A DNA stretch of 51,322 bases, taken from Bacteroidales bacterium (lineage in GTDB: Bacteria > Bacteroidota > Bacteroidia > Bacteroidales > CAIWKO01). A program made the translations under genes and the position numbers. Each line of letters begins with the position of its first letter. The stretch's first letter is position 1. The stretch covers positions 1 to 51,322 of the forward strand of contig DAOORA010000028.1 of NCBI GenBank assembly GCA_035389045.1, in the 5' to 3' direction. The notes under the pieces were generated by a model. The model had not been told where the DNA came from, ran no database searches, and saw nothing but the letters and a program-made list of their open reading frames with translations. Of the stretch, positions 9,583 to 18,984 are shown in pieces.

Positions 9583-11513
9583 TGATGTTGCCCTATACAA
9601 AACATATCGTGATTTTTCTCTTAATTGTTTCGATAACAACATCATGCCGCCGGAATATCAGCCCGTCTGATGTCTCTTTTGAGGTAAAAGATTTCAGGTC
9701 GATGACCAACTGGAATCTTTATAACCCTGAAAACCCCTCTCAAAAACTCATTTATCTTGATTATACGGATGCAATAAATGGTTTTACCATACCTTCGGTA
9801 CGGCAGACTGAAGATGGATTTTTTTATTTTGAATTTTTGCTGAAGAATATTAGCGGAGCAACTGAGACGTTTTTCTATAATCTTTATTACCAGAATGAAA
9901 GCTACAAGTTTCCGGAATATACAGGAAAAGAACGGAAAGAGCACCCCTATGCGCATGAAAATTTTTATGGATGCCGGAGCGCCGATTCGCTCTGTTTTGC
10001 AGAAACCCCGCCTGTTCCGGCTGACGGGAAGTTTCATCGCATTTCATTCCACCTGAAGATACAGGGTAATCCACGCAATGAATCACGATACCAAGATAAC
10101 GGAGAAAACCAGCGATGGAAACGCAATCCGAGAATGGGCGACTATAGTTTTCTGCTGGTAGTGAGCGCCAGGGAAAATATTGAAAAAAATATAATACCTG
10201 AATATGTGGCCGATATCAGCCGGATGAAAGACAGCTGTTATATCAATCCCTATTATTATTTTTTGTACGGAGAGGGTAAAAACATCAACAACCTTGTTTC
10301 AATAGCTTCAGGTAATACCCTCAGGGTAATGGCCCGGCCGGGCATAGATGCCGGAATTTATTTGAATCCGCAGGAATTTATTCCGGAGAAATACCTTCCC
10401 GGTGCAACAAAACTATGCGGCAGCAGCGAATACCTGTTCAAAAATGCCCCATTTAAACCTTTTGTCAGCTTTGTCGACACCTCTTCAAGATTTTCGAATA
10501 TTCCTGTGATAGCAGATGTAATAAATGATAAATATACTATGCGGGACTATAACTGGAACCGTACCTTTCATAAAAAGGAAGAAATGATCACGGTCAAACC
10601 CGGCAATTCCGACTGCCCATGCCGTCAGATCGTTGTTGATACCCTCAGGTCTTCGCTTACCATTACGAATCAGGCTTCGGGCTATGGTGATTGGCACAAA
10701 TTGAGTACAGGCGTGATGACCCGTCATGGGTTAACATATGGAAAATACACGGTCAAAGTTAAAATGTCGGAGCTTCTTAACAAATATGGCGTCTGGAATG
10801 GCTTGACGAATTCTGTCTGGCTTGTATCCCAAAAGGACGAGCCCTGGAACAACTGCCGCAAATGTCAAAAAGAAGGTTATCTGCCCAGGTATTGGGGTAA
10901 GGATAAATCCGATCGTTCAGAACTTACTTCATACTCCGAAATCGATTTTGAAATTCTAAAAACGGTAAGTTATTGTCCCTTGTATAGGTTTCCACCGTCT
11001 TATTACTATCCTGTTCCCGACCGGTACAACACTGCTTTCTGGAATGTTCCAATGCCGGCAGCGCTGCAGCGCGATTCGGCAAACGTCATGGTATGCTGCA
11101 CCAACTGGGATATGGCATGTCCCGGGCCGGACAGGTACGACGTCGGCTGCAAACCTGTCAGCTATGGTAATGAGACTTTTATGGCGCATCGCTGGGACTA
11201 CTGGTACCGGGCGTTGAGTATACGCACACCTGCTCCGGATGATGAACTCTTTGCTTCGGAATTCTATTATTTTCAGATCGAATGGAAACCCGAAGAGATT
11301 ATTTGGCGTATTGGTCCTCAGAAAAATAAACTGAAGGTGATGGCCTACATGAACAGCAAGATAACATCTGTTCCCGGCAACCAGATGATATTGGTGATCT
11401 CCCAGGAATTTCACGATACCGCATGGTGGCACGGAAGCCCCTTTGAACAGGGATTCATTCCATTTCCGGAAAACGACCTTACGGGAATTATTTATGAAAT
11501 AACCATTGAGTGA
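9582..11513 (+). CDS. Lipoprotein with a C-terminal GH16-like glycoside hydrolase domain
   Basis: Lipobox ITTS-C; TYGKYTVKVK, EIDFE (ExDxE, 10938-10952) and YFQIEWKPEEIIW; TAATG overlap with the upstream stop. Confidence 0.7.
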   Translation: MMLPYTKHIVIFLLIVSITTSCRRNISPSDVSFEVKDFRSMTNWNLYNPENPSQKLIYLDYTDAINGFTIPSVRQTEDGFFYFEFLLKNISGATETFFYNLYYQNESYKFPEYTGKERKEHPYAHENFYGCRSADSLCFAETPPVPADGKFHRISFHLKIQGNPRNESRYQDNGENQRWKRNPRMGDYSFLLVVSARENIEKNIIPEYVADISRMKDSCYINPYYYFLYGEGKNINNLVSIASGNTLRVMARPGIDAGIYLNPQEFIPEKYLPGATKLCGSSEYLFKNAPFKPFVSFVDTSSRFSNIPVIADVINDKYTMRDYNWNRTFHKKEEMITVKPGNSDCPCRQIVVDTLRSSLTITNQASGYGDWHKLSTGVMTRHGLTYGKYTVKVKMSELLNKYGVWNGLTNSVWLVSQKDEPWNNCRKCQKEGYLPRYWGKDKSDRSELTSYSEIDFEILKTVSYCPLYRFPPSYYYPVPDRYNTAFWNVPMPAALQRDSANVMVCCTNWDMACPGPDRYDVGCKPVSYGNETFMAHRWDYWYRALSIRTPAPDDELFASEFYYFQIEWKPEEIIWRIGPQKNKLKVMAYMNSKITSVPGNQMILVISQEFHDTAWWHGSPFEQGFIPFPENDLTGIIYEITIE

Positions 11514-11574
11514 AAAAAAAGGATTGTTTTCTTAAAACACAGAAATGCAATTAATTACCTAATAGCCACGGCGG

Positions 11575-13053
11575 TTATTCCATGCTCCACTCAGCGCCTT
11601 CTTTGGTGTCTTTGATCGTGATATTCAGATTTTGCAACTTGTTACGTATCATGTCCGAGGTGGCGAAATCCTTTTTGCATTTTGCTTCCTGCCGGAGTGA
11701 AAGAATAAGTTCCATCAGATCATCAGTGAGCCGGGTGTTTTGTGCGACAGGCTCTTTTACGATGCCCAGCACATCAAACAAAATATTTTCAAAATCTGAT
11801 ATTAATTTTTCTTTATCGGCCTTGCGGATGCTGATCTTATTCTCTTTCAGGGCATTGATATATCTGACGGATTCGAACAGTAAGGAGATCACTATCGGAC
11901 TGTTGAAATCGTCGTTCATGGCATCAAAGCATTTTTCACGAAGCGTTTCAATATATGAGCCAAGCTCAGGCTGGGTGCTTGCTGCCACAGGAATTTTTTC
12001 GAGGGTGGCCAGCGCCATAAGTAATTTTTTCAGCCCTTTCTCAGAGGCTTGTATGGCATCATTCGAAAAATCAAGCGTGCTGCGGTAATGAGCCTGTAGA
12101 ATAAAAAACCTTATGCTCATCGGTGTATAGGCCTGCGTGAGCAGCGGATGATTCCCGGTGAAAAATTCTTCAAGTGTGATGAAGTTGTTTAACGACTTGC
12201 CCATCTTCTGCCCGTTGATGGTGATCATATTATTGTGTATCCAGTACTTACAAGGGTCTGTGCCGTTGGCGGCAGTTGATTGGGCAATTTCTGATTCGTG
12301 GTGGGGAAAGATCAGATCCATGCCACCGCCGTGTATATCAAACTGTTCTCCGAGATATTTGGCGCTCATGGCCGAACATTCAAGGTGCCATCCCGGAAAA
12401 CCGGTGCTCCATGGGGAATTCCACCTCATGATATGTTCGGGACTGGCTTTTTTCCAAAGTGCAAAATCATAGGTATTCTGTTTTTCTTCCTGACCTTCCA
12501 GTTCACGGGTGTTGGCCAGCAGTTCTTCGAGTACCCGGCCCGACAGTTTGCCGTACTTATGATTGTTGTTATACTTCCTGACATCAAAATATACCGATCC
12601 GTTGGAAACATAGGCATATCCGGCATTCATAATTTTCTCAACCAGCTCCATCTGTTCTATGATATGCCCTGAAGCTTTGGGTTCAATGCTCGGAGGCAAT
12701 ACATTCAGCAGGCGCATGCTTTCGTGATAGCGGTTGGTATAATACTGCGCCACCTCCATGGGTTCCAGTTTTTCGAGGCGTGCTTTTTTGGCAATTTTGT
12801 CTTCCCCTTCATCGGCATCGTTTTCCAGATGACCCACATCAGTTATGTTCCTGACATACCGTACTTTATACCCCGACTGTTTCAGAAAACGAAAAATGAG
12901 GTCGAAGGTGATGGCCGGACGGGCATGGCCAAGATGCGGATCACCATAAACGGTTGGTCCGCAGACATACATACCGCAATGTGGCGGGTTCAGTGGTTCA
13001 AATAACTCTTTTTTCCGGCTTAAGGTGTTGTAAATTTGCAATTTCTGATTCAT
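11575..13053 (-). CDS. cysS: Cysteine--tRNA ligase
   Basis: [38 protein letters not shown] and KMGKS motifs. Start trimmed to MNQKLQIYN (13053). Confidence 0.97.
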   Translation of the reverse strand: MNQKLQIYNTLSRKKELFEPLNPPHCGMYVCGPTVYGDPHLGHARPAITFDLIFRFLKQSGYKVRYVRNITDVGHLENDADEGEDKIAKKARLEKLEPMEVAQYYTNRYHESMRLLNVLPPSIEPKASGHIIEQMELVEKIMNAGYAYVSNGSVYFDVRKYNNNHKYGKLSGRVLEELLANTRELEGQEEKQNTYDFALWKKASPEHIMRWNSPWSTGFPGWHLECSAMSAKYLGEQFDIHGGGMDLIFPHHESEIAQSTAANGTDPCKYWIHNNMITINGQKMGKSLNNFITLEEFFTGNHPLLTQAYTPMSIRFFILQAHYRSTLDFSNDAIQASEKGLKKLLMALATLEKIPVAASTQPELGSYIETLREKCFDAMNDDFNSPIVISLLFESVRYINALKENKISIRKADKEKLISDFENILFDVLGIVKEPVAQNTRLTDDLMELILSLRQEAKCKKDFATSDMIRNKLQNLNITIKDTKEGAEWSME

Positions 13054-13119
13054 CCATGTTAAATTTGACATGCAAAGTAACACAATTTTATCGAAATCAT
13101 ATTTCCCCTCAAAATCGAA

Positions 13120-13187
13120 AGTCACGGGGTGACTAATTGATTGTCAGATATTTCTTATAATCGCAGTTTTTAAGTCACCCCGTGACT
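13120..13187. repeat. Inverted doublet of a 15-bp palindrome (REP-like or operator)
   Basis: AGTCACGGGGTGACT at 13120-13134 and its exact reverse complement AGTCACCCCGTGACT at 13173-13187. Confidence 0.85.
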
Positions 13188-13214
13188 ATCAATAGATTAA
13201 CGAATTCTTGCGAA

Positions 13215-13245
13215 TTTGAGGTTTCCTGAAAAGTTTATATCTTTG
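13215..13245 (+). promoter_or_regulatory. Bacteroidota sigma-A promoter for etfBA
   Basis: TTTG (13215-18), 19-nt spacer, TATCTTTG (13238-45). Confidence 0.75.
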
Positions 13246-13315
13246 CAAATATCTTGATCTCAGCCTGATTATTTTATGAGAGGAAGTTACACGAAATATA
13301 AATTAAGAATAGAAA

Positions 13316-14065
13316 ATGAAAATATTAGTTTGTATAAGCAATGTGCCCGACACTACTACCAAGATACGCCTTGCTGCCGACGGGCAGAGCATTGATCTTG
13401 CCGGGGTGCAGTGGATCATCAATCCCTGGGATGAGTTAGCTTTGTCCAGGGCTGTTGAACTGAAAGAAAAATATCCCGCTGTTGTTGAAAAGGTTACAGT
13501 GATCAATGTCGGAAGTAAAGAAACCGAACCTGTTGTCCGTAAGGCGCTTGCCATAGGCGCCGACGACGCCATCAGGATAAACACGGTGCCCGGGGATGCC
13601 TATTTTGTCGCCGGCCAGCTTGCGGCAGCAATTAAAGATCAAGCCTATGACATTATTTTGTGCGGTATCGAATCCAGTGACAATAATGGCTGTGCCGTAG
13701 GTGCCATGCTGGCCGAAATGCTGGGTATTCCGTCGGTTTCATCGGTGTCTTTCCTGGATGTAGCTGAGGGTAATATTTGCCTGAACCGTGAGATTGATGG
13801 TGGGTACGAAAAAGTTCAGACCTCTGTGCCTTTTGTAGCCATTGTCCAGAAAGGGATTGCCATCGAACCAAAAATTGCCACAGTGCGCGGCATCATGGCC
13901 GCCCGTACCAAACCCTTACAGGTATTTGAACCGGCAGGTATTGATGCGCTCACAGAGGTTGCGGCTTATGAACTTCCCGAAGCAAAAGCCAAATGCAAAA
14001 TGATTGATGCCGAAAATATAGGCGAACTGGTTGATTTGCTTCATAATGAAGCCAAAGTTATTTAA
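13316..14065 (+). CDS. etfB: Electron transfer flavoprotein subunit beta
   Basis: MKILVCISNVPD, INPWDE, ALAIGAD and REIDGG motifs. Confidence 0.95.
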   Translation: MKILVCISNVPDTTTKIRLAADGQSIDLAGVQWIINPWDELALSRAVELKEKYPAVVEKVTVINVGSKETEPVVRKALAIGADDAIRINTVPGDAYFVAGQLAAAIKDQAYDIILCGIESSDNNGCAVGAMLAEMLGIPSVSSVSFLDVAEGNICLNREIDGGYEKVQTSVPFVAIVQKGIAIEPKIATVRGIMAARTKPLQVFEPAGIDALTEVAAYELPEAKAKCKMIDAENIGELVDLLHNEAKVI

Positions 14066-14107
14066 TGAGTAAATTCTGAATTCATATTTTTTTAATCTGA
14101 AATTAAA

Positions 14108-15079
14108 ATGTCTGTATTAGTATATATCGAAAATTGGGACGGCAAATTCAAAAAACTAAGTTTTGAATTGATCTCGTACGCACAGGGAATTGCAAAACAA
14201 ATGAACACCGCAGTGGTAGCATTATCCATTGGCAATGTGGCTGAAGAAGAACTTAAAAAAGCCGCTAATTACGGCGCATCAAAAGTCATCTCTGTCAATG
14301 ATCCAGGGCTGAACCAGCTTGTAAACCAGGCCTATGCTTCAGTCATCTCACAGGTAGCCGTAAAAGAAGAAGCTCAGGTATTGGTTTTTGCACATAATAT
14401 GGCCGGAAAAGCAGTTGCACCGGGAGTTTCTGTAAAGCTTAAAGCCGGCCTGGTCAGCGGCGCTGTCGCATTGCCTTCTTCTACAGAACCTTTTGTGGTA
14501 AAGAAAAAAATCTATACCGGCAAAGCTTTTGCATACGTTACAATCAAATCACCTGTAAAAATAATTACGCTTGCCCAGAACTCATATGGCCTTGCTGAAA
14601 ACCCGGCCGAAGTATATATTGAAAGTTTTACTCCTCAGTTAGCCGATCACGATTTTGCAACATCCGTCATTGAGAGCAACAAGCAGACAGGTAAAATCCT
14701 TCTCTCCGATGCTGAAATCGTGGTTTCCGGGGGTCTCGGCATGAAAGGTCCTGAATTTTGGGGGCCGATAGAAGAATTGGCCGGACTTTTGGGTGGCGCT
14801 ACTGCCTGCTCACGTCCCGTTGCCGATCAGGGCTGGCGCCCTCATTATGAGCATGTAGGACAAACCGGAAAGATCATCGCGCCCAATGTCTATTTTGCTT
14901 TTGGGATTTCCGGCGCTATCCAGCATCTCGGCGGCGTAAGTTCTTCGAAAATTATTGTGGCTGTGAACAAAGATAAAGATGCCCCCATTTTTGAATCAGC
15001 AAATTATGGGGTTGTTGGCGATGTGGCTACTGTGCTGCCTGTATTGATAAACCTGATTAAAGAGGTTAAAGGGCAATAG
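14108..15079 (+). CDS. etfA: Electron transfer flavoprotein subunit alpha
   Basis: VVSGGLG, ACSRP, VGQTGK, GISGAIQH and AVNKDKDAPIF motifs. Confidence 0.95.
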   Translation: MSVLVYIENWDGKFKKLSFELISYAQGIAKQMNTAVVALSIGNVAEEELKKAANYGASKVISVNDPGLNQLVNQAYASVISQVAVKEEAQVLVFAHNMAGKAVAPGVSVKLKAGLVSGAVALPSSTEPFVVKKKIYTGKAFAYVTIKSPVKIITLAQNSYGLAENPAEVYIESFTPQLADHDFATSVIESNKQTGKILLSDAEIVVSGGLGMKGPEFWGPIEELAGLLGGATACSRPVADQGWRPHYEHVGQTGKIIAPNVYFAFGISGAIQHLGGVSSSKIIVAVNKDKDAPIFESANYGVVGDVATVLPVLINLIKEVKGQ

Positions 15080-15097
15080 AAATTAAAAACTGACATA

Positions 15098-15793
15098 ATG
15101 ATAATTGATGTAAAATCGCTCCCACCAATATATGACGGTATTTTAAAAGATTTTAAAAACATTGTTGAAACTCTAAAAGAATATTTAGAGGTAGGATACA
15201 GAATAGCACAAGAGAAAGAAAGTCAGCTTGAGGTAAATAGAAAAAAATACTCCGAATCAGAAGATGGATCTAATAGTTATTATTTATATAATGATGAGTA
15301 CGAAAGCATAAAAAATAGATTTCTATCGGATGCTTTTCTAAAATCTGCTTTAATGTATCTGTGTTCTCAATTTGAGATTAAAATTCGTGATATTTGTGTT
15401 AGCAGTTATTGTGTATATTTTGATGAATCAATAAATGGGGATAAAATGTTTGAAGATATCAAGAAAAAAAGGCCGGGAATAACTGATTATGCAACTTTAT
15501 TAGAAACCAAAGAAGAAATTAATTATAATTTTAAAGATCATAAAAACTGGCCCGAAATAGAGGACTTCATTGAAATAAGAAATTTGATTGTACATTGGGA
15601 CGGATATGTCAATAAAATTAATAGAGAAAAATTCCAAACTATTCAAAGAAAATATAAAAATTACATTCAATATCATGAGCCTTCTGAGACAATTATCATC
15701 TCCAAGGAATTATTAATAAAATTTTCAGAAATACTTATGGCATTCTTGAATGAGACTATAAAAGAGTTATACGATAAATGTCCAAAAAAGTAA
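15098..15793 (+). CDS. Putative HEPN-superfamily protein
   Basis: Helical-looking, AT-rich ORF with SQFEIKIR (ExxxR) and EIRNLIVHWDG (RNxxxH) motifs. Confidence 0.6.
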   Translation: MIIDVKSLPPIYDGILKDFKNIVETLKEYLEVGYRIAQEKESQLEVNRKKYSESEDGSNSYYLYNDEYESIKNRFLSDAFLKSALMYLCSQFEIKIRDICVSSYCVYFDESINGDKMFEDIKKKRPGITDYATLLETKEEINYNFKDHKNWPEIEDFIEIRNLIVHWDGYVNKINREKFQTIQRKYKNYIQYHEPSETIIISKELLIKFSEILMAFLNETIKELYDKCPKK

Positions 15794-15953
15794 ATTAGGC
15801 AATAATCTGGTTTTTAAGATGACGGAAATTTTGTGATTACGATAGTTTTGAAGAAGATTGCCAAATTTGAAAAATACTTTTATGGAAATTAATTAATAAT
15901 ATATTATTAGACATTAAATAAATAATTTGTGCATAACCATCTTTATATTATTT

Positions 15954-18050
15954 TTATTCTTTTATAAACTTTGAAACGTAATTTTCGCCATCACTATTCA
16001 GCCTTATAACATACATTCCTTTTGCAAATCCAACTATAACAAGCTCTGTTTTTTCTTTTATTATCGGTTGTTGTACTATTAATTTCCCCTGCATATCATA
16101 AACCGAAATATTTGTTTTTCCATTAAATAATAACTGTTTTATTTCAATGTTCATTTTATCGAAAGATGGATTTGGATATACGTTAAAAGTGTAATCTTCC
16201 TTTATTTCATTTACTCCTGTTATTTCTGATAATGGTCGTCTCCATACTCCACCATGTGAATAAGTCATTCTTGTGCCCCCTGCCGCGTAAATAAAATTCC
16301 CATTTAGTACTAATTTATTAATTTTTTCTGATGTCATTCCTTCATTTATCGAAATCCAGTTCATACCATCATCGTTTGATAAAAAAACTCCAGTTTGATC
16401 TGTACCTGCTAAAATACTATTACCTATTATAAGTAACGTATTCACAGCATCATCTGGTAAGCCTGTACTCACATTGGTCCAGCTTGCACCATTATTTGTT
16501 GATAAATATACGCCATTCTGTGTTCCGATATAATCCACCTCTGTTCCTACAAAGATTTTATTGCCACTTGTTACTATTGATAAAATTGCTAAACTAGGTA
16601 GCCCTGTATTTATAGGAGCCCAATTTGTTCCATTATTAGTAGATAAAAAAACTCCTTCTGTTTGTGTACCTGCATAAATATTCGTACCTTTTGATGCAAG
16701 GGCTCTAATATTTAAATCTGTCATACCCGTATTTACCGCAGTCCAGTTGGCTCCAGTATCAGTTGAAAGAAATACGCCAGAATTTCCAGTTCCAGCAAAA
16801 ATATTTGATCCACTTATTGCAAATGATCTTACAGGCTGATTTGTCAAACCACTATTTGCTGGTTCCCAACTTTGGCAGTTATTTTTTGATTTAAAAAAAC
16901 CAGTTGAAGTTCCAAGCAAAATATTTGTTCCTATTGATTCTAATGCCATTTTAGTGCCTTGTAATCCATTATTCACCTCTGACCAATTTATACCGTCATT
17001 ATCTGATAATAAAATTTTACCACTATTATTTTTATTGTTTACTGCTAAAATATTTGTTCCACTCACCCCCATGGTTGTTATATCAGCCTCAACCATTCTT
17101 GTATTTAATGCGTCCCAGGAAGCTCCATTATCACATGATGAATTTAGTCCCCATCCATTTGTCCCCACAAATACTCTCGTTTCACTTGCGGCCATTGAAA
17201 AAATATAATTACTTGTTAGTCCATTCAACAAGGTTGACCAATGCGCACCGTGATCGTTTGAGTATTTATAACCAGGACAAGAGCCAATAAATATATTTGA
17301 ATCACGAACAGCCAATCCATATATTGGATAGTTTATTAGTAATAGTAACGTCCAGTTATTTCCATTATTTGTTGATAGATATAAGCCACTGTTTGCTATA
17401 ACGTATATATTAGTATCGCTAATTGTTAATCTTCCTGCAGGCACATTTACAGGCAATCCATTATTCACTGCTGTCCAACTGGTGCCATTATTTGTTGATA
17501 AAAATACACCACTATTTGTTGTGGCAAAAATATTTGTATCCATTATTCCTATATCATTTATCTCTAAACTTGTTAAGCCTGTATTTACTGTTGTCCAGTT
17601 ATTACCATTGTCACTTGACCTATAAATCCCATTTTGGGATGTTCCTGCAAAAAAACTTGTACCATTTATTGCAATAGAGGTTAAATTTACACCTGTTTGT
17701 CCTGTATCTATTGCAGTCCAGGTTACACAGTTATTCGTTGATAAGTACAAGCCTGTCGGAAATGTCGGATATATTGGTGTGACTGTTCTTGCTAAAATAG
17801 TTGCTCCACTCAATGCAATTTCAAAAACTTCTGAAGGTTGTATTGGTAATCCATCATCCCTTTCTTTCCAGGTTATACCATTATCATCTGAAAAATAAAA
17901 ATGGGACGTGGCACTCATATAAATATTTTGGCCATTTGCAGCAATACTTCTAATTGACGGTACTGTATCTCCACCTACCTGCTGCCATTGTGCGTCAATA
18001 TTGTAGATGATGCCAAACATTGCTATTATAAAAATTATTTGTTTTTTCAT
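15954..18050 (-). CDS. T9SS type A secreted beta-propeller protein with BNR/Asp-box repeats
   Basis: Signal peptide IDA|Q; 13 S-x-[ND]-x-[GC]-x-x-W boxes; C-terminal VYPNPS...YDMQGK...KGMY...SKFIKE. Confidence 0.88.
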   Translation of the reverse strand: MKKQIIFIIAMFGIIYNIDAQWQQVGGDTVPSIRSIAANGQNIYMSATSHFYFSDDNGITWKERDDGLPIQPSEVFEIALSGATILARTVTPIYPTFPTGLYLSTNNCVTWTAIDTGQTGVNLTSIAINGTSFFAGTSQNGIYRSSDNGNNWTTVNTGLTSLEINDIGIMDTNIFATTNSGVFLSTNNGTSWTAVNNGLPVNVPAGRLTISDTNIYVIANSGLYLSTNNGNNWTLLLLINYPIYGLAVRDSNIFIGSCPGYKYSNDHGAHWSTLLNGLTSNYIFSMAASETRVFVGTNGWGLNSSCDNGASWDALNTRMVEADITTMGVSGTNILAVNNKNNSGKILLSDNDGINWSEVNNGLQGTKMALESIGTNILLGTSTGFFKSKNNCQSWEPANSGLTNQPVRSFAISGSNIFAGTGNSGVFLSTDTGANWTAVNTGMTDLNIRALASKGTNIYAGTQTEGVFLSTNNGTNWAPINTGLPSLAILSIVTSGNKIFVGTEVDYIGTQNGVYLSTNNGASWTNVSTGLPDDAVNTLLIIGNSILAGTDQTGVFLSNDDGMNWISINEGMTSEKINKLVLNGNFIYAAGGTRMTYSHGGVWRRPLSEITGVNEIKEDYTFNVYPNPSFDKMNIEIKQLLFNGKTNISVYDMQGKLIVQQPIIKEKTELVIVGFAKGMYVIRLNSDGENYVSKFIKE

Positions 18051-18090
18051 AACTATTAATTCTAATTAATGGTTCGTCTATTATTTTCTA

Positions 18091-18098
18091 CAAATATA
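18091..18098 (-). promoter_or_regulatory. -7 promoter element (TATATTTG) for the Asp-box gene
   Basis: TAnnTTTG match about 40 nt upstream of ATG 18050. Confidence 0.5.
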
Positions 18099-18165
18099 AT
18101 ATCAATAAATAAATAATGAAAAAATATTTTTAAATCAAGCAGTATATTGATAACAGAATTCATAG

Positions 18166-18192
18166 TTTGCGCATGTTTGTAACGCGTGCAAT
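18166..18192. repeat. REP-like palindrome downstream of the RAYT gene
   Basis: TTTGCGCATGTTTGTAACGCGTGCAAT; inverted copy of 18853-18879 (23/27 identical). Confidence 0.75.
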
Positions 18193-18217
18193 TTTGCAAA
18201 TACCATCGAATTACATT

Positions 18218-18787
18218 TCATTTTACCGTCTTCCATTCCCGAGTTAGCATTACTATTTCAAGAACAGAACTCAATTCGGCATAATTTCTCGCTGAACTGT
18301 ACAAGTAATCTTCAGGATTTTGGACTATTCCGGCCTCAACAGGATTATTATGAATGTAATCAAGTTTTTGCCAGATGAACTTGTTGGAATATAGCGCCAT
18401 TGGCCGATTACCGTCCTGCCATACCTTATATTTTTTTATTCGCTTCAGTCGTGCTCCTTCATTTTTAAAAATAGCGAGCATTTTTTGCGTTGCCTGACTA
18501 TCGTCGGCTTCTAATCTTTTTGTTATCTCTTTTGACGTATGCTTTTTTAGATCACGCAAAACATCTGATACTGATTCCTTGCCGTTTGATTGAATGATTA
18601 GATGAACGTGATTTGACATGATGCAATATGCAAATAGCGTTATTCCGCGATTTTCCTGACAATATTTTATTGAATCGACTATGATCATCTTATAGCTATC
18701 TTCCTGCATTACATTTAGCCATTCTAAAATGGTAAATGTAACAAAATAGGCTTTGTCTTTTTCGGTTGTTTTGTATTTTTCCGACAT
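18218..18787 (-). mobile_element. REP-associated tyrosine transposase (RAYT, Y1/HUH family)
   Basis: YFVTFT, AYCIMSNHVHL (HUH), WQDG, QKLDYIHNNPV and YLYSSA motifs; no tnpB. Start set at MSEKY (18787). Confidence 0.9.
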
Positions 18788-18852
18788 GGATAACAAAACT
18801 AATATTTTTTATTAAAATTTGATGTTTTTGAGTGGTACGTAAGTTATTCTCT

Positions 18853-18879
18853 ATTGCACGCGTTGCAAACGCGCGCGAA
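18853..18879. repeat. REP-like palindrome upstream of the RAYT gene
   Basis: ATTGCACGCGTTGCAAACGCGCGCGAA; hairpin GCACGCGTT-GCA-AACGCGCGC. Confidence 0.75.
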
Positions 18880-18960
18880 ATGTGGCAGGCCTTTTTTAAT
18901 TGGTAATGCCGGATAAAGAACTGCTTATCGTTTTTATATTTTAATTCATTGTATTTTTCG

Positions 18961-18968
18961 TACTTTTG
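18961..18968 (+). promoter_or_regulatory. -7 promoter element (TACTTTTG) for the M16 pair
   Basis: TAnnTTTG match 16 nt before ATG 18985. Confidence 0.55.
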
Positions 18969-18984
18969 TCCCAATAAAATTATA

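Noticed and set aside
13054..13125. N-terminal extension of CysS in the ORF track
   Set aside because: Family similarity starts at MNQKLQIYN, and the extension covers a promoter-like TTACTTTG and the palindrome. Similar over-long starts were trimmed for ricT, gldH, purF, the threonine dehydrogenase, EamA and M20.
18218..18787. IS200/IS605 element with TnpB
   Set aside because: There is no tnpB, and the motifs and flanking palindromes fit a RAYT better.
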